Below, in pieces: positions 1-10,265 of a stretch of 64,000 nt of DNA (positions are counted from its first letter, which is position 1; each line of letters begins with the position of its first letter). The translations under genes were made by a program, and so were the position numbers. This DNA comes from Podarcis pityusensis (taxonomy: Eukaryota): assembly GCA_964106645.2 (NCBI GenBank), contig OZ067038.1, one strand, 5' to 3'. A model generated the notes under the pieces. That model saw only the letters and a program-made list of their open reading frames with translations. It did not search any database and was not told the origin of the DNA.

Positions 1-2
1 AG

Positions 3-86
3 TGCCAGAAGTTCCAAAGACAGTTGTCTCAGAAGAAAAAATATCTATTGCTGTCCCCAAAAGGAAAGCAGCCCCTCCAGAAAAAG
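3..86 (+). CDS. TTN: PEVK exon, 84 nt (VPEVPKTVVSEEKISIAVPKRKAAPPEK)
   Basis: AG at 1-2, AAAG|gtatac donor, phase 1/1. Confidence 0.9.
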
Positions 87-411
87 GTATACAAGCTTTG
101 AAGTAAACTAAATCAAAGTCCAAGTGGTTAATGTGCTAACAACCTACCTATTAATTCCTATATCCAAACCTAAGTTATTAAGCAAATTCTTTTTTTCTGC
201 TCCAAATACATTTGAGGGGATATTGCTTTGGGCACTCCCCTCCCCCAAATTATTTATTTTATTTTATTTTATTTAAACCTAGAAGGCTTGCCATAAAAGT
301 TACATTTGTTTTGTAACTGCTTAATCATTCTTATCGAAATTCCCGTTGTCTGACTCAAATAGTGTTTCCCATAAGAAATGCTAAAGTTCAATACTCTGTC
401 TTTAATAATAG

Positions 412-486
412 TTGTGGAAGAGCACTGGGGGTATTCGGAAGAAATGTCTGTTTCTCTTCATACAGAGGAGGAAGTTTCATATACAG
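412..486 (+). CDS. TTN: Acidic PEVK-region exon, 75 nt (VVEEHWGYSEEMSVSLHTEEEVSYT)
   Basis: tttaataatag| acceptor, ACAG|gtatga donor, phase 1/1, open; resembles the human WSYSEEEEGVSISVY segment (recalled). Confidence 0.8.
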
Positions 487-556
487 GTATGAGCTCAACC
501 AGGGTAGGGGAACAGGAATCCTAACCAATTCACTGTATAGATTATTGGGCAGGGTG

Positions 557-650
557 AGAACATAAAATGAACCTACTAGATCAGGCCAATGACCCATCTA
601 GTCCAACATCCTGTTTTCACAGTGTTTCATGAGATGCCTTTGGGAAGCAT
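557..650 (-). mobile_element. Degraded 3' fragment of a CR1-type LINE
   Basis: agaacataa...gatcaggccaatgacccatctagtccaacatcctgtt resembles the reverse complement of a lizard CR1 tail. Confidence 0.5.
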
Positions 651-654
651 GTGG

Positions 655-744
655 CATAGTTGTCAACTTTTCCCTATTCTTGCGAGGAATTCTATTCGGA
701 ATAAGGGAATTCCCCTTTAAAAAAGGGAAACGTTGACAGCTATG
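655..744. mobile_element. 90-bp hAT-type MITE
   Basis: ~22-bp TIRs (catagttgtcaacttttccc / gggaaacgttgacagctatg); perfect 8-bp TSD GCATGTGG at 647-654 and 745-752. Confidence 0.85.
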
Positions 745-1890
745 GCATGTGGGTATCACCTCAGTTTTCACTTTTATATTAAAATGAGGTGTATCTAAAG
801 GTGTTCTACTGATCCATTAGAGGCTTCCATCAGCCAAATGGTGAGGAAAGTGATTTTTGCCAAATCCCTCTTGTTCTTGCAGCCGCCATGCCTCTGCGCC
901 ACAAATGTGCTCTGCGGGAGGTGGCATGGAAGATGCAGAGGGGAAGGCAATTTGGTGTAAACTGATGTTTCCTTCCCTGTTCTGATGACAGAAGCCTCCA
1001 CTTTCTCAACAAAAAAAAAAAAAACAAAAAAAAACCTCCCGTCGGTAGAGGTGCATCTTTGGAAACAACCCAGTCTGTCTTTTTCTTACATTAGCAGAAT
1101 TATTAGTTCTAGAACTAAACCAGTGTGAATGCTAATTCACTAAAGAGGTTCACTGATATAAAACAGTGGTGCAGGATAGTATTCATGTAAGAATTGCTGA
1201 GGGTGTTCAACTTCATTCATAGTGAGGCAAAAAAGAAGCAGTTTGTTGGCCTAAACCACAGATAACAGTGGACATTTGGTTGTTTGGCTCCCCACACCCT
1301 CCAACAGAGTAAATTTCACAGCTTGCATAAATTATTGGTTTGTTTGTTCATTTTTGGCTTGGATGACTGCTACAGTTGTCCCATCCCATAAAGCTGAAGG
1401 CTTAAATCTTCCCACATAATCTCTTCTAGAATGTAGAAATTTCTTCAAAATGTCATTAACCTAAACAGAGACTTGGCATAATACCCACTTAATGTAACCA
1501 GACTTTCAATGACTTCCACCCCTTTGATTTACCATACATAGCAGCTTGCAATGAAAGTCCCTATGTATTATCTTGAAAAATTACTGTAGATTACTGTCTA
1601 GACTATTTCTAAGTAATAGCACCTGAAGAAATGGGAAGCTTTCCAATATGATAGACATATAGACTCCACTGATCCTAACAACAAAATGGTGTATATGCAC
1701 TACACCAGTAAGAAGACGGATGTATAAAGACTATACCTGCAACTATGCGTTAGCCACATCTTGTCCAAATGTTTGTTCATTTGTCTGGCAACTTAAATGT
1801 TTGTTTCTGTCAAATTTCCTACTGCTCTTTATGGCCTTCTGTACCTTTACCATCAAAGTTCTGAAACATAAATATACTGTGTCTTTAAAG

Positions 1891-1974
1891 TTCCCGAAGA
1901 ACCTGAGAGAATTCCCACAAAACAGAAAATGCCCATATCAATTGCCGCTAAAGTGAAGAAACCTCCAGCTAAAG
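1891..1974 (+). CDS. TTN: PEVK exon, 84 nt (VPEEPERIPTKQKMPISIAAKVKKPPAK)
   Basis: ctttaaag| acceptor, AAAG|gtacat donor. Confidence 0.9.
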
Positions 1975-2160
1975 GTACATTTAATATTGTGCCAATGTAT
2001 GCTCTTTGTGTGCCATAAGTGTATACTTATGTATACGTCTGCTGATGTATATCTGAGTGTTCTTGTCCTAGCTTGATTCTTTCATTGCACTGAAATTTGG
2101 TTCTTAGTATGCGTTTAATAATATGTTAGCTAAGACTCTTGAAAATTCGTATTTTTTAAG

Positions 2161-2484
2161 TGCCTGAAGTCCGTAAGACCATTACTCGAAAAGAAGTGGT
2201 TCATGTGGAAGTTCCCCAATATGAAGAGGAGGAAGAGGCTCCCCAATATGAAGAGGAGGAAGTCACACAATATGAAGAGGAAGTCACACAATATGAGGAG
2301 GAAGTCACACAATATGAGAAAGAAGTCTCTCATTATGAGGAGGAAGTAACCCGATATGAGGAAGAAGTCACACAATATGAGGAGGAAGTACCTCAATATG
2401 AAGAGGAGGAAGTTCCTTATTATGAAGAAGTTCCTGAGTATGAGGAAGAGGAAGAGGTGCCTCCTCCACCTCCTCCAGCTAAAG
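2161..2484 (+). CDS. TTN: Glu/Tyr-rich PEVK exon, 324 nt, with (VTQYEEE)n repeats
   Basis: ttttaag| acceptor, PPAK AAAG|gtaaca donor, open frame. Confidence 0.92.
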
Positions 2485-3149
2485 GTAACATCCCAGTTTA
2501 CAAGCGCATTACAAAGAAAGGATCTTTTTTTTAATGCTCTTGGTTAGGCTTTGGCTTTTGTTCGCTTGGTTATTTATTTGGTTTTTGCTTTCGGTTCATT
2601 TTGCTCTCCTTTGTTATGAGATGTGTGCGGTGCAGCTCATGTTGCAAGTAGAAATAGCTGTAGTTGAATTAGAGAATATGCCAGAAACACAGGGCTTGTC
2701 CACGTTAGGCAGTGTCTTTAGTTCTAGCAAAACTCTCAGGAATATATTTCATTTCCACCCAGGCTTCTCCAAGCTGAATAAAATGTCAATTCAGCAAGCT
2801 AGTTGTGTGCCAAAACCCTGTGACACCACAGTTCCCAGAGAGTAAATAACCAGAGAAGACAACAGCATATAGTTTGGGGGTAAAATAGATTACAAAAATA
2901 TGTACAGAATATCTGATAGCATTGTCCTATGCTCTACTGAATAGTGAGATCAGGAAGAAAATGTCTAGCATCTGATAGTGTCCCCATGTTCTTCCATTGC
3001 CAACCACCCCTCTCCATGTGCCGAGCAATATATCTTAACCATAGAGGAGATGGGAAATTTCTCCTCCATGACCTTCCCTTAAATAACTTATCTTTGAATC
3101 TTTGCTTTTGAATTACTCTCCCCTCCCAGCATCAGTGTCCCCATCTGCG

Positions 3150-3522
3150 GAAGGACTGTGGCTTTGTGGTAAAACATCTGCTTTGAATGTAGAAGGTTCT
3201 AGTTTCAATCCCTGGCATTCCCAGGCAGGACTAAGAATGTCCCGTTTGTCATTATACAGCCACACCTTGGAAGTCGAATGGAATCCGTTCCGGAAGTCCG
3301 TTTGACTTCCAAAACGTTTGGAAACCAAAGCTGCGGAAGCCCCATCAGACATTTGGCTTCCAAAAATAGTTCGCAAACCGGAACAGTCACTTCCGGGTTT
3401 GCGGTGTTTGGGAGCCAAAACGTCCGAGTGCTATGGCGTTCGGGACCCAAGGTTTGACTAATTGACAGCGAGGAGCTAGATGGACCCAGTGGTCTGGCTT
3501 GATTACAAAAAAACAGCTATGT
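3150..3522 (+). mobile_element. Old tRNA-derived squamate SINE interrupted by a MITE
   Basis: tRNA-like head (gtggtaaaacatctgctt...gtttcaatccctggcat) and tail gagctagatggacccagtggtctg; related copy at 44042. Confidence 0.55.
3257..3460. mobile_element. Tc1/pogo (Tigger-like) MITE
   Basis: ta|cagccacaccttgg...ccaaggtttgacta termini; shares its body with copies at 20579, 31804, 35762, 51898 and 63128. Confidence 0.75.
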
Positions 3523-3734
3523 ATGCCCCATTTCACTGTATTCAGGAAGGAGCCCCAACACTCTGGAGAGGACTTTCAGGGGATGCAAGTGGCTGCAAGG
3601 GGGAAGAGGGAGCAAGCAACTTTCCTTAAGTTATCTTAGCTTGCGGGGGTCATGTCAGAGCATTGCAATACAGCTGTGTTCTTATGGTGCATCTTGGTGC
3701 GTCCATTCTTTTAAATACAATCCTATCCTTCAAG

Positions 3735-3821
3735 TGCCTGAGGTACCAAAGAAGCCCGTCCCTGAGAAAAAGGCTCCTCCTGCGCCTGTCCCCAAGAAGA
3801 AGGAAGCTCCTCCAGCAAAAG
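3735..3821 (+). CDS. TTN: PEVK exon, 87 nt (VPEVPKKPVPEKKAPPAPVPKKKEAPPAK)
   Basis: ttcaag| acceptor, |gtacat donor, phase 1/1. Confidence 0.92.
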
Positions 3822-4000
3822 GTACATCATCTCTTCATTCGGTGTCCTCAAACTCTTGCTTTCAGTTCATTAAGTTTGTTGGCTCAGTGGCGTTAGTGGG
3901 CTGGGGATCAACTGTAGACATGGCCTTTGTTGACTCTCTGTTTTGATGTGCTGTGTGAACGGTGTGGTGTCCTCAACAATCTCTTGCCCTATCTTTAAAG

Positions 4001-4078
4001 TGCCTGAGGTGCCAAAGAAACCCGTCCCAGAAGAAAAGGTTCCGGTTCCTAAACGAAAAGAAGCCCCACCAGCTAAAG
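4001..4078 (+). CDS. TTN: PEVK exon, 78 nt (VPEVPKKPVPEEKVPVPKRKEAPPAK)
   Basis: atctttaaag| acceptor, |gtaaat donor. Confidence 0.92.
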
Positions 4079-4398
4079 GTAAATCAGTGTGAGGCTTGCC
4101 CTGTGCAAATAAACTTATCTATTAGGCTACGACTAGGCTATTAATTGCAATGACGTACTTAGATTTTCCTGTTGTGTTGATGTTGTGTCATGACCCACTC
4201 TGGGCACATTTATGTGGTAAAATTGCTGTGCAAACTAAAAAAAAAAACCTGTGTTAATAGTCCTTTGATCCTGTTAAATGTAACTTCTTGTTTATTTTCT
4301 TCGACAACAAAAAATCTTCTTGTGTTTTGTGTCACTGTTCGCTATCTTCATTTGGAAACCAAATTCTATGCTCAAAGTACTGTCTCTTTCAATTGAAG

Positions 4399-4476
4399 TG
4401 CCTGAAGTGCCCAAGAAAGTGGTCCCTGAAGAGAAAATACCTGTTCCTAAAAAGGTGGAAGCTCCTCCCGCTAAAG
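4399..4476 (+). CDS. TTN: PEVK exon, 78 nt (VPEVPKKVVPEEKIPVPKKVEAPPAK)
   Basis: ttgaag| acceptor, |gtattg donor. Confidence 0.9.
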
Positions 4477-4510
4477 GTATTGTCCCCTTGTTCACCTGGT
4501 CATCCTTTTA

Positions 4511-4648
4511 AGCCTGGAAACTTGGGTTTCCAGGTGGGTTTTTTGGGGGGACTACAATGCCCATCATCCCTGGCCACTGGTTCTGCTAGCTAGGGATGAT
4601 GGGCATTGTAATCCAAAAACAGCTGGTGACTCAAGTTTGGAGAGCCTT
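4511..4648. mobile_element. Palindromic hAT-type MITE (degraded)
   Basis: Core actacaatgcccatcatccct...agggatgatgggcattgta; same family as 18992-19127. Confidence 0.6.
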
Positions 4649-4924
4649 GTTATAAGCAATTGACCTGCTACGTTACATAGCAGGGCTGCAGTTTGTTGAA
4701 CCTCTCCCTGGGTGGTCAATACCATGAAGGGTGGGCCTGTAAATATAAATATTAAAGAAACATTATATCAGTGAGAAAAACCTGGCGGTTTCATTAAGAG
4801 CAGATCTGCAAATTCCCTTGCCCTTGTGGTTCAGATGCAGCACATTCTTCTTTTAGTTCTTTTGCTTTGTGGTGTCTAAATACTAGAAGGAGTCAAATCA
4901 ATCTGCAAATTAATCTTTTTAAAG

Positions 4925-5008
4925 TGCCGGCCGTGCCGAAAAAAGCCGTGCCAGAAGAGAAAGTGCCTGTTGCGGTCCCCAAAAAACCAGAGCCCGCTCC
5001 ACCTAAAG
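4925..5008 (+). CDS. TTN: PEVK exon, 84 nt (VPAVPKKAVPEEKVPVAVPKKPEPAPPK)
   Basis: tttaaag| acceptor, |gtatct donor. Confidence 0.92.
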
Positions 5009-5269
5009 GTATCTGAAATAATATTTGAAAGTTATAAATTATACATACATGTGTAAGTGCTTTACCCATGGTTTAACACAGAGATATGTGCAGAATATTT
5101 CAACAAGCAATATTAACCATGCAGAATCAACAAGGATGTGTAGATTTGCAACCACAGACACACCCACCCGAGATATCAATGGTTTTTGTGTTTTATCTTC
5201 TGCTACATCTGTTCTTTGTTTTTTGTGATACAATGTGCATACAAAGTCTGTTTCTTGGTGTCTTTAAAG

Positions 5270-5353
5270 TGCCTGAGATACCCAAGAAAGCTGTGTCTGA
5301 AGCAAAGGTGCCTCTTACTGTGCCCAAAAAACCAGAACCTCCACCAGCTAAAG
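5270..5353 (+). CDS. TTN: PEVK exon, 84 nt (VPEIPKKAVSEAKVPLTVPKKPEPPPAK)
   Basis: tctttaaag| acceptor, |gtatat donor. Confidence 0.92.
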
Positions 5354-5532
5354 GTATATCAACCCAGTCAAAATCAGTCTTCTTGATCTCATGTGTTTCT
5401 TTAATCTTAGATGTGATGCTTGTGTATGTCAAATATAGATGTTGTCCCTTGCCTGTCAGCTCTTTCTATTTCTGTCTCTTTCTTTGTCACAACAAACCCA
5501 TAAATCATATTCTTCAAATTAAATCCTTGAAG

Positions 5533-5613
5533 TGCCTCACATACCAAAGGAGCCTGTCCCAGAAGAAGCACCTGTTTATATACCTGAAGAAGAGGAAGCT
5601 ATACCTGAAAAAG
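5533..5613 (+). CDS. TTN: PEVK exon, 81 nt (VPHIPKEPVPEEAPVYIPEEEEAIPEK)
   Basis: ccttgaag| acceptor, |gtacat donor. Confidence 0.88.
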
Positions 5614-6424
5614 GTACATTCAGCTCATCATTATCCTTATCAAAGACCTCTTTTAAAAATAAGAACAATAATATGATCTGTGTCGTTTGCTTTATGTTCT
5701 CTAAAAGCCATGCAATCTGATCTTATGCATGTTTACTCAGGAATAAATTCTGCTAGTCGTACCAAATTCTGGGCAAGCAGAGTTTTGCTCATTCAGTGGG
5801 ACTTCCCTTTCCCCCCTTTTCCCCATGCACCCCCCCCCCCCAAATCTGCTCAAATAGTCCCCTGACTTCTGTATGTTAATTTTGAGGGTGCACTGAGGGG
5901 CACTGCAGGCGGGAGGAAACAACAGGGAAGTTCCATTGGGTAATCAGTAAAACAGCACTGGAGACAATGAACGATTACTCCCAAGTGAATGGGCATAGGA
6001 CTGCAGACATACTTTTAATTGCAGTCTAAATAATTCTCTTTCTTGATCTGGTTTCGTGCTGCAATTTTCTTTATAACGCCTCTGAAAATAATTTTACAAA
6101 CCTGTTTCTAAAGACATAAATAACAGCACTTAAGTATTTAAAGATAACTGTTTCTATGTAAAGATATTTGCATAGCCATACTCTAGAAGTGTGCCATCCA
6201 ATGTTGGAGGCAAACCATGTGAACTGGTTTTGAAGAAGACATTGGGTAGGTATCCGAGATCAACCAGCCTGCCTGCTGGTTGTTGATAGTTGGGTCAAGA
6301 GGTCATGCCCTGACATGCATCAAGTGTGATGCTCCCTGCAAGGCCGCCTCTCAGTGGGTTATGGCCCACTGGCCTCCATGTGACCTCTGGACAGCAATAT
6401 CCCTTCCCAGACCCCTTTAACAGG

Positions 6425-6782
6425 GTAAGGTAAAGGTAAAGGGACCCCTGACCATTAGGTCCAGTCATGACCGACTCTGGGGTTGCAGTGCTCATCTTGC
6501 TTTACTGGCCGAGGGAGCCGGCGTACAGCTTCCGGGTCATGTGGCCAGTATGACTAAGCCACTTCTGGCGAATGAGAGCAGTGCACGGAAATGCCGTTTA
6601 CCTTCCCGCCGGAGCGGTACCTATTTATCTACTTGCACTTTGACGTGGTTTCAAACTGCTAGGTTGGCAGGAGCAGGGACCGAGCAACGGGAGCTCACCC
6701 CGTCGCGGGGATTCAAACCGCCGACCTTCTGATCGCCAAGTCCTAGGCTCTGTGGTTTAACCCGCAGCGCCACCCGTGTCCC
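6425..6782 (-). mobile_element. Sauria SINE, full length
   Basis: (ACCTTT)n tail seen as gtaaaggtaaaggg; tRNA-related head at the right end; flanked by tttaacagg repeats. Confidence 0.9.
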
Positions 6783-6794
6783 ATTTTAACAGGA

Positions 6795-7153
6795 TAAAGG
6801 TAAAGGGACCCCTGACCATTAGGTCCAGTCGTGACTGACTCTGGGGTTGCGGCGCTCATCTCGCTTTATTGGCCGAGGGAGCAGGCGTTTGTCCGCAGAC
6901 AGCTTCCGGGTCATGTGGCCAGCATGACTAAGCTGCTTCTGGCGAACCAGAGCAGCACACGGAAATGCCGTTTACCTTCCCGCTGGAGCAGTACCTATTT
7001 ATCTACTTGCACTTTGTGCTTTCGAACTGCTAGGTTGGCAGGAGCTGGGACTGAGCAACGGGAGCTCACCCCGTCACAGGGATTCGAACTGCCAACCTTC
7101 TGATTGGCAAGTCCTAGGCTCTGTGGTTTAACCCACAGCGCCACCTGTGTCCC
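6795..7153 (-). mobile_element. Sauria SINE, full length, second subfamily
   Basis: Same structure as the adjacent copy with an extra ttgtccgcaga segment; flanked by taacagga repeats. Confidence 0.9.
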
Positions 7154-7534
7154 TAACAGGATACCCAGTTGTAAAAAGCTCCAGACCCGATTCCTTAACC
7201 TTAACTCATGATCTGATTTGGTATAATGACACTTCTTTGAACACTGTGGGATTTACTCCTAAGTAAACATGAATAGGATTGATGTGTATTGTTTAGTTAT
7301 CACAAGCAAAGGCCCACATACTGCCTCACGAATTGTGATATGGCATGGCTGCTGTTCTGAGAGGAATAGTCACAAATTCTGTTACGCAAGCCCTAAAGCA
7401 GATTCATGGATTGTGGCCTATGCTGTGACCTGTGTTTGTGCTCCCCGCCCTGCCCCAATCCCAACGTGAGCTATGTTTCTCTTTCCGAAGTGGATTAAAA
7501 ACAAAATTCTTAATCCGAAAATATGTGTTTAAAG

Positions 7535-7618
7535 TCCCAGAAGTGCCAAAGAAAGTCGTCCCAGAAAAGAGAGTCCCTGCAGCTGTTCCCAAAAAAGTGG
7601 AGCCTCCTCCAGCAAAAG
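7535..7618 (+). CDS. TTN: PEVK exon, 84 nt (VPEVPKKVVPEKRVPAAVPKKVEPPPAK)
   Basis: tttaaag| acceptor, |gtacac donor. Confidence 0.92.
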
Positions 7619-7998
7619 GTACACTGAGTAACAAAGAATTAGTGTGTGTTTTCTTCAGTTGTACTAACAAGCTGACCTTCCAGAAGAGAAAAGAAACTTC
7701 TTGTTTGCCAGTGAATTCAGGGGGATTTAAACTGTGTGCAGGAAATATTTCAAAATGTATATAGTACAACATGTTTGTCCTGTGTCACTTTTGTCTGTTT
7801 GCAATGTATGGAAAATGGCTTCCTGGCAGAATATTGTCTGTTGGGTTCTTGAATTGCTGAATTGTTTGTTCTGCGAATTTCTTGCTTTTTGTACACATCT
7901 TCCTGTTCTTGGTGCTTCGTGGTGTTGTGTTAGCACTGAGGATTTTTTTAAAAAGCAAAACATATTCTCAAAACACTATCGTGCTTTTTTTTTTAAAG

Positions 7999-8073
7999 TG
8001 GCTGAGGTTCCTAAACCCGTCCCTGAAGAGAAAGTGCCCGTTCCCAAAAAGGTGCCGTCTCCTCCAGCAAAAG
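7999..8073 (+). CDS. TTN: PEVK exon, 75 nt (VAEVPKPVPEEKVPVPKKVPSPPAK)
   Basis: tttaaag| acceptor, |gtatag donor. Confidence 0.92.
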
Positions 8074-8234
8074 GTATAGCCATATATCAAAACCAGAACG
8101 CTTTTGACACTTACTTTAAGTCTAGAAATTATCATTATGTCTCAGAGCATTGAAACACATAGCTAACAATGCTGTGAAGTCTTACATGTTTGTGTGTGCG
8201 GTGGCTTTAAATTAAGTCTATGTTGTCTTTAAAG

Positions 8235-8309
8235 TGCCTGAGGTTCCTAAGCCTGTTCCAGAGGAGAAAGTTCCTGTTGCCAAAAAGGTCCCAGCTCCTC
8301 CCAAAAAAG
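8235..8309 (+). CDS. TTN: PEVK exon, 75 nt (VPEVPKPVPEEKVPVAKKVPAPPKK)
   Basis: ctttaaag| acceptor, |gtatat donor. Confidence 0.92.
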
Positions 8310-8549
8310 GTATATCCAATCTTTAAAACGGTGTGCAATTTTTATTTTTATTTTTGTCCATAACTGATAACCATTTGTATTAATTCATTAGCTATTAAAA
8401 TAGGGTTGCCGTACGTCATACCTGGTGTTCACTTTTGGGAATATGGCAAAGTTGTCTGAATAGATAGCTCTTAAACGTTGCAATGTCATATGTGTTTGTC
8501 CGCGCTGGCTCGAGACCAAATTCTTAAAACAACTCAATATTCTTTAAAG

Positions 8550-8624
8550 TGCCTGAAGTTCCCAAACCTGTCCCAGAAGAGAAAGTCCCTGTTCCTAAAA
8601 AGGTGGCAGCTCCTCCAGAGAAAG
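8550..8624 (+). CDS. TTN: PEVK exon, 75 nt (VPEVPKPVPEEKVPVPKKVAAPPEK)
   Basis: tctttaaag| acceptor, |gtatat donor. Confidence 0.92.
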
Positions 8625-8743
8625 GTATATCCATTAATCTATACCTATAGATACATAAGATGATAACATTTATCATGGCATTAACCAGTCATTTTTGTTG
8701 TTGTTGTCCCATTACTGTACGTTTGAACTTGAACCAACTAAAC

Positions 8744-8836
8744 AATGCCATCCTATACACTTCGACTCAGAAGTAAGTCCCATTGGGATCAATAGGACTT
8801 ACACCCAGGAAAATGATGGGTATAGGATTGCATCCT
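8744..8836. mobile_element. Old short palindromic interspersed repeat (MITE-like); related copies near 30122-30202, 34461-34548 and 47623-47712
   Basis: catcctatacac...agaagtaagtcccattg/caataggacttac...tataggattgca hairpin recurring in several introns. Confidence 0.55.
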
Positions 8837-8956
8837 AAATCAGCATAGTGATTTGTGTCATCTTGTATGTCTGTGTGTTGCTTGTGATCTTGTAGTTTGA
8901 CTGACATTGTGCAATATATATAAAAAAGCTAAAGTAGTGGTGTCATGTCTTTAAAG

Positions 8957-9040
8957 TGCCTGAGGTAGCCAAGAAAGTTGTCCCTGAAAAGAAGGTACCA
9001 ACTGCTCCTCCTAAAAAAGTAGAGGCTCCACCTGCCAAAG
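8957..9040 (+). CDS. TTN: PEVK exon, 84 nt (VPEVAKKVVPEKKVPTAPPKKVEAPPAK)
   Basis: ctttaaag| acceptor, |gtacaa donor. Confidence 0.92.
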
Positions 9041-9233
9041 GTACAACTCTTCTTATCTGTGTTATAATGTTCTTCTTTCATATTACTAATTATATGTGTG
9101 TTTCATCACAGTCAAATATACGTTAGTAACTTCTTGCATTCGTTTTTATTCATGCTTTATGAATTGTGTGGTTTTCTTATACTTGGTAAACAATTTAAAA
9201 ATGCCTACCTAAAACAGCACTGTATTTTTTAAC

Positions 9234-9287
9234 ATCTCTGAGGAAAAAATATCTGCTGTTAAATCAAAGAAAATTCTTCCACCTAAG
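9234..9287 (+). pseudogene. Decayed PEVK exon relic (ISEEKISAVKSKKILPPK)
   Basis: PEVK-like reading, but the acceptor reads tttttaac (no AG) and the AAAG|GT donor is eroded. Confidence 0.5.
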
Positions 9288-9523
9288 TTTGTTTTTGTGC
9301 ATCTCTAAATATCTTATAAAGTGAATTTATTATTGATCTTTTCTAACATCTTCTAGTCTATTACTATAGGCTACTAGCATTACAGGTATCCCTTTTTTAT
9401 TTTTAAAAACCCTTCTTGTAATTATAATGATAACTTTTGGGTGGTTTTCTTTCTATGTTTGCTTTGTATGCTTATGCACCAGCAAGTCTTTGAAATAATG
9501 AAAAATTAATGCTATCTTTAAAG

Positions 9524-9862
9524 TGCCTGTGGTACGTAAGAAACCCATCCCTGAAGAACAGGTCACTGTTGAAAAATACTTCTATGAAGAATATGAGAAA
9601 TATGAGACCTATGAGAAGACTGAGGAGTTTCTTCAGGTAGAAGAGGGTGAAGAACCTGAAGAATATGAGGAAGCCCCAGAACCTGAAAGATATGAAGAAG
9701 CTCCAGAAGAACCTGAAGTCGAGCAATACGAGGAAGCTCCAGAAGAATTTGAACAGTATGAAGAAGCTCCAGAACCGGAGGAACTTGAGTACTATGAAGA
9801 GGTTCGGGAGACCAAGGAGATTGAAGAATATGAGGAAGTGTATGAGGTTCCACCAGCAATAG
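9524..9862 (+). CDS. TTN: Glu/Tyr-rich PEVK exon, 339 nt, with (EQYEEAPEEP)-like repeats
   Basis: atctttaaag| acceptor, ATAG|gtatat donor, open frame. Confidence 0.9.
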
Positions 9863-10181
9863 GTATATTAATCATTTACCTGTTGTTTGTTGCTGCCCTG
9901 AGATTGAACCTTCTTTTGAATGCCCAAATTTCCCCTCCCCCCAAAAACCCACCCCAGAGTTCCCTGCTTTTGTGCTTACAAGACTCCATTGAGGGACAGG
10001 TTTCCCAGAGTGGGTCAAACCAACTATGCTGTTGTTACTGAAGAGTTCAAAAGCTAATGATGGGTGTATCCTCCTTTAATGATTAGAGACTTCTTCTGTA
10101 ATTGTGATTACAGTCTTCTGAATTTGGCAATTTGGTTTCTTTGTAAATAACTAAAAGCTCCTTCGTAAAATGTTTTTCAAG

Positions 10182-10265
10182 TGCCTGAGGTGCCTAAAAG
10201 AGCCATTGCTGAAGAAAAAGTAAAAGTTGCTGTACCTAAAAAAGAGGAAGCTCCACCACCTAAAG
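10182..10265 (+). CDS. TTN: PEVK exon, 84 nt (VPEVPKRAIAEEKVKVAVPKKEEAPPPK)
   Basis: ttttcaag| acceptor, |gtagat donor. Confidence 0.92.

Noticed and set aside
2649-2693. Possible 45-nt phase-1 exon VEIAVVELENMPETQ
   Set aside because: No pyrimidine tract, only a poor GC donor (gcttgt), not PEVK-like
6541-7103. Repeated ORFs MASMTKPLLAN... (also at 60012)
   Set aside because: Translations of Sauria SINE antisense sequence
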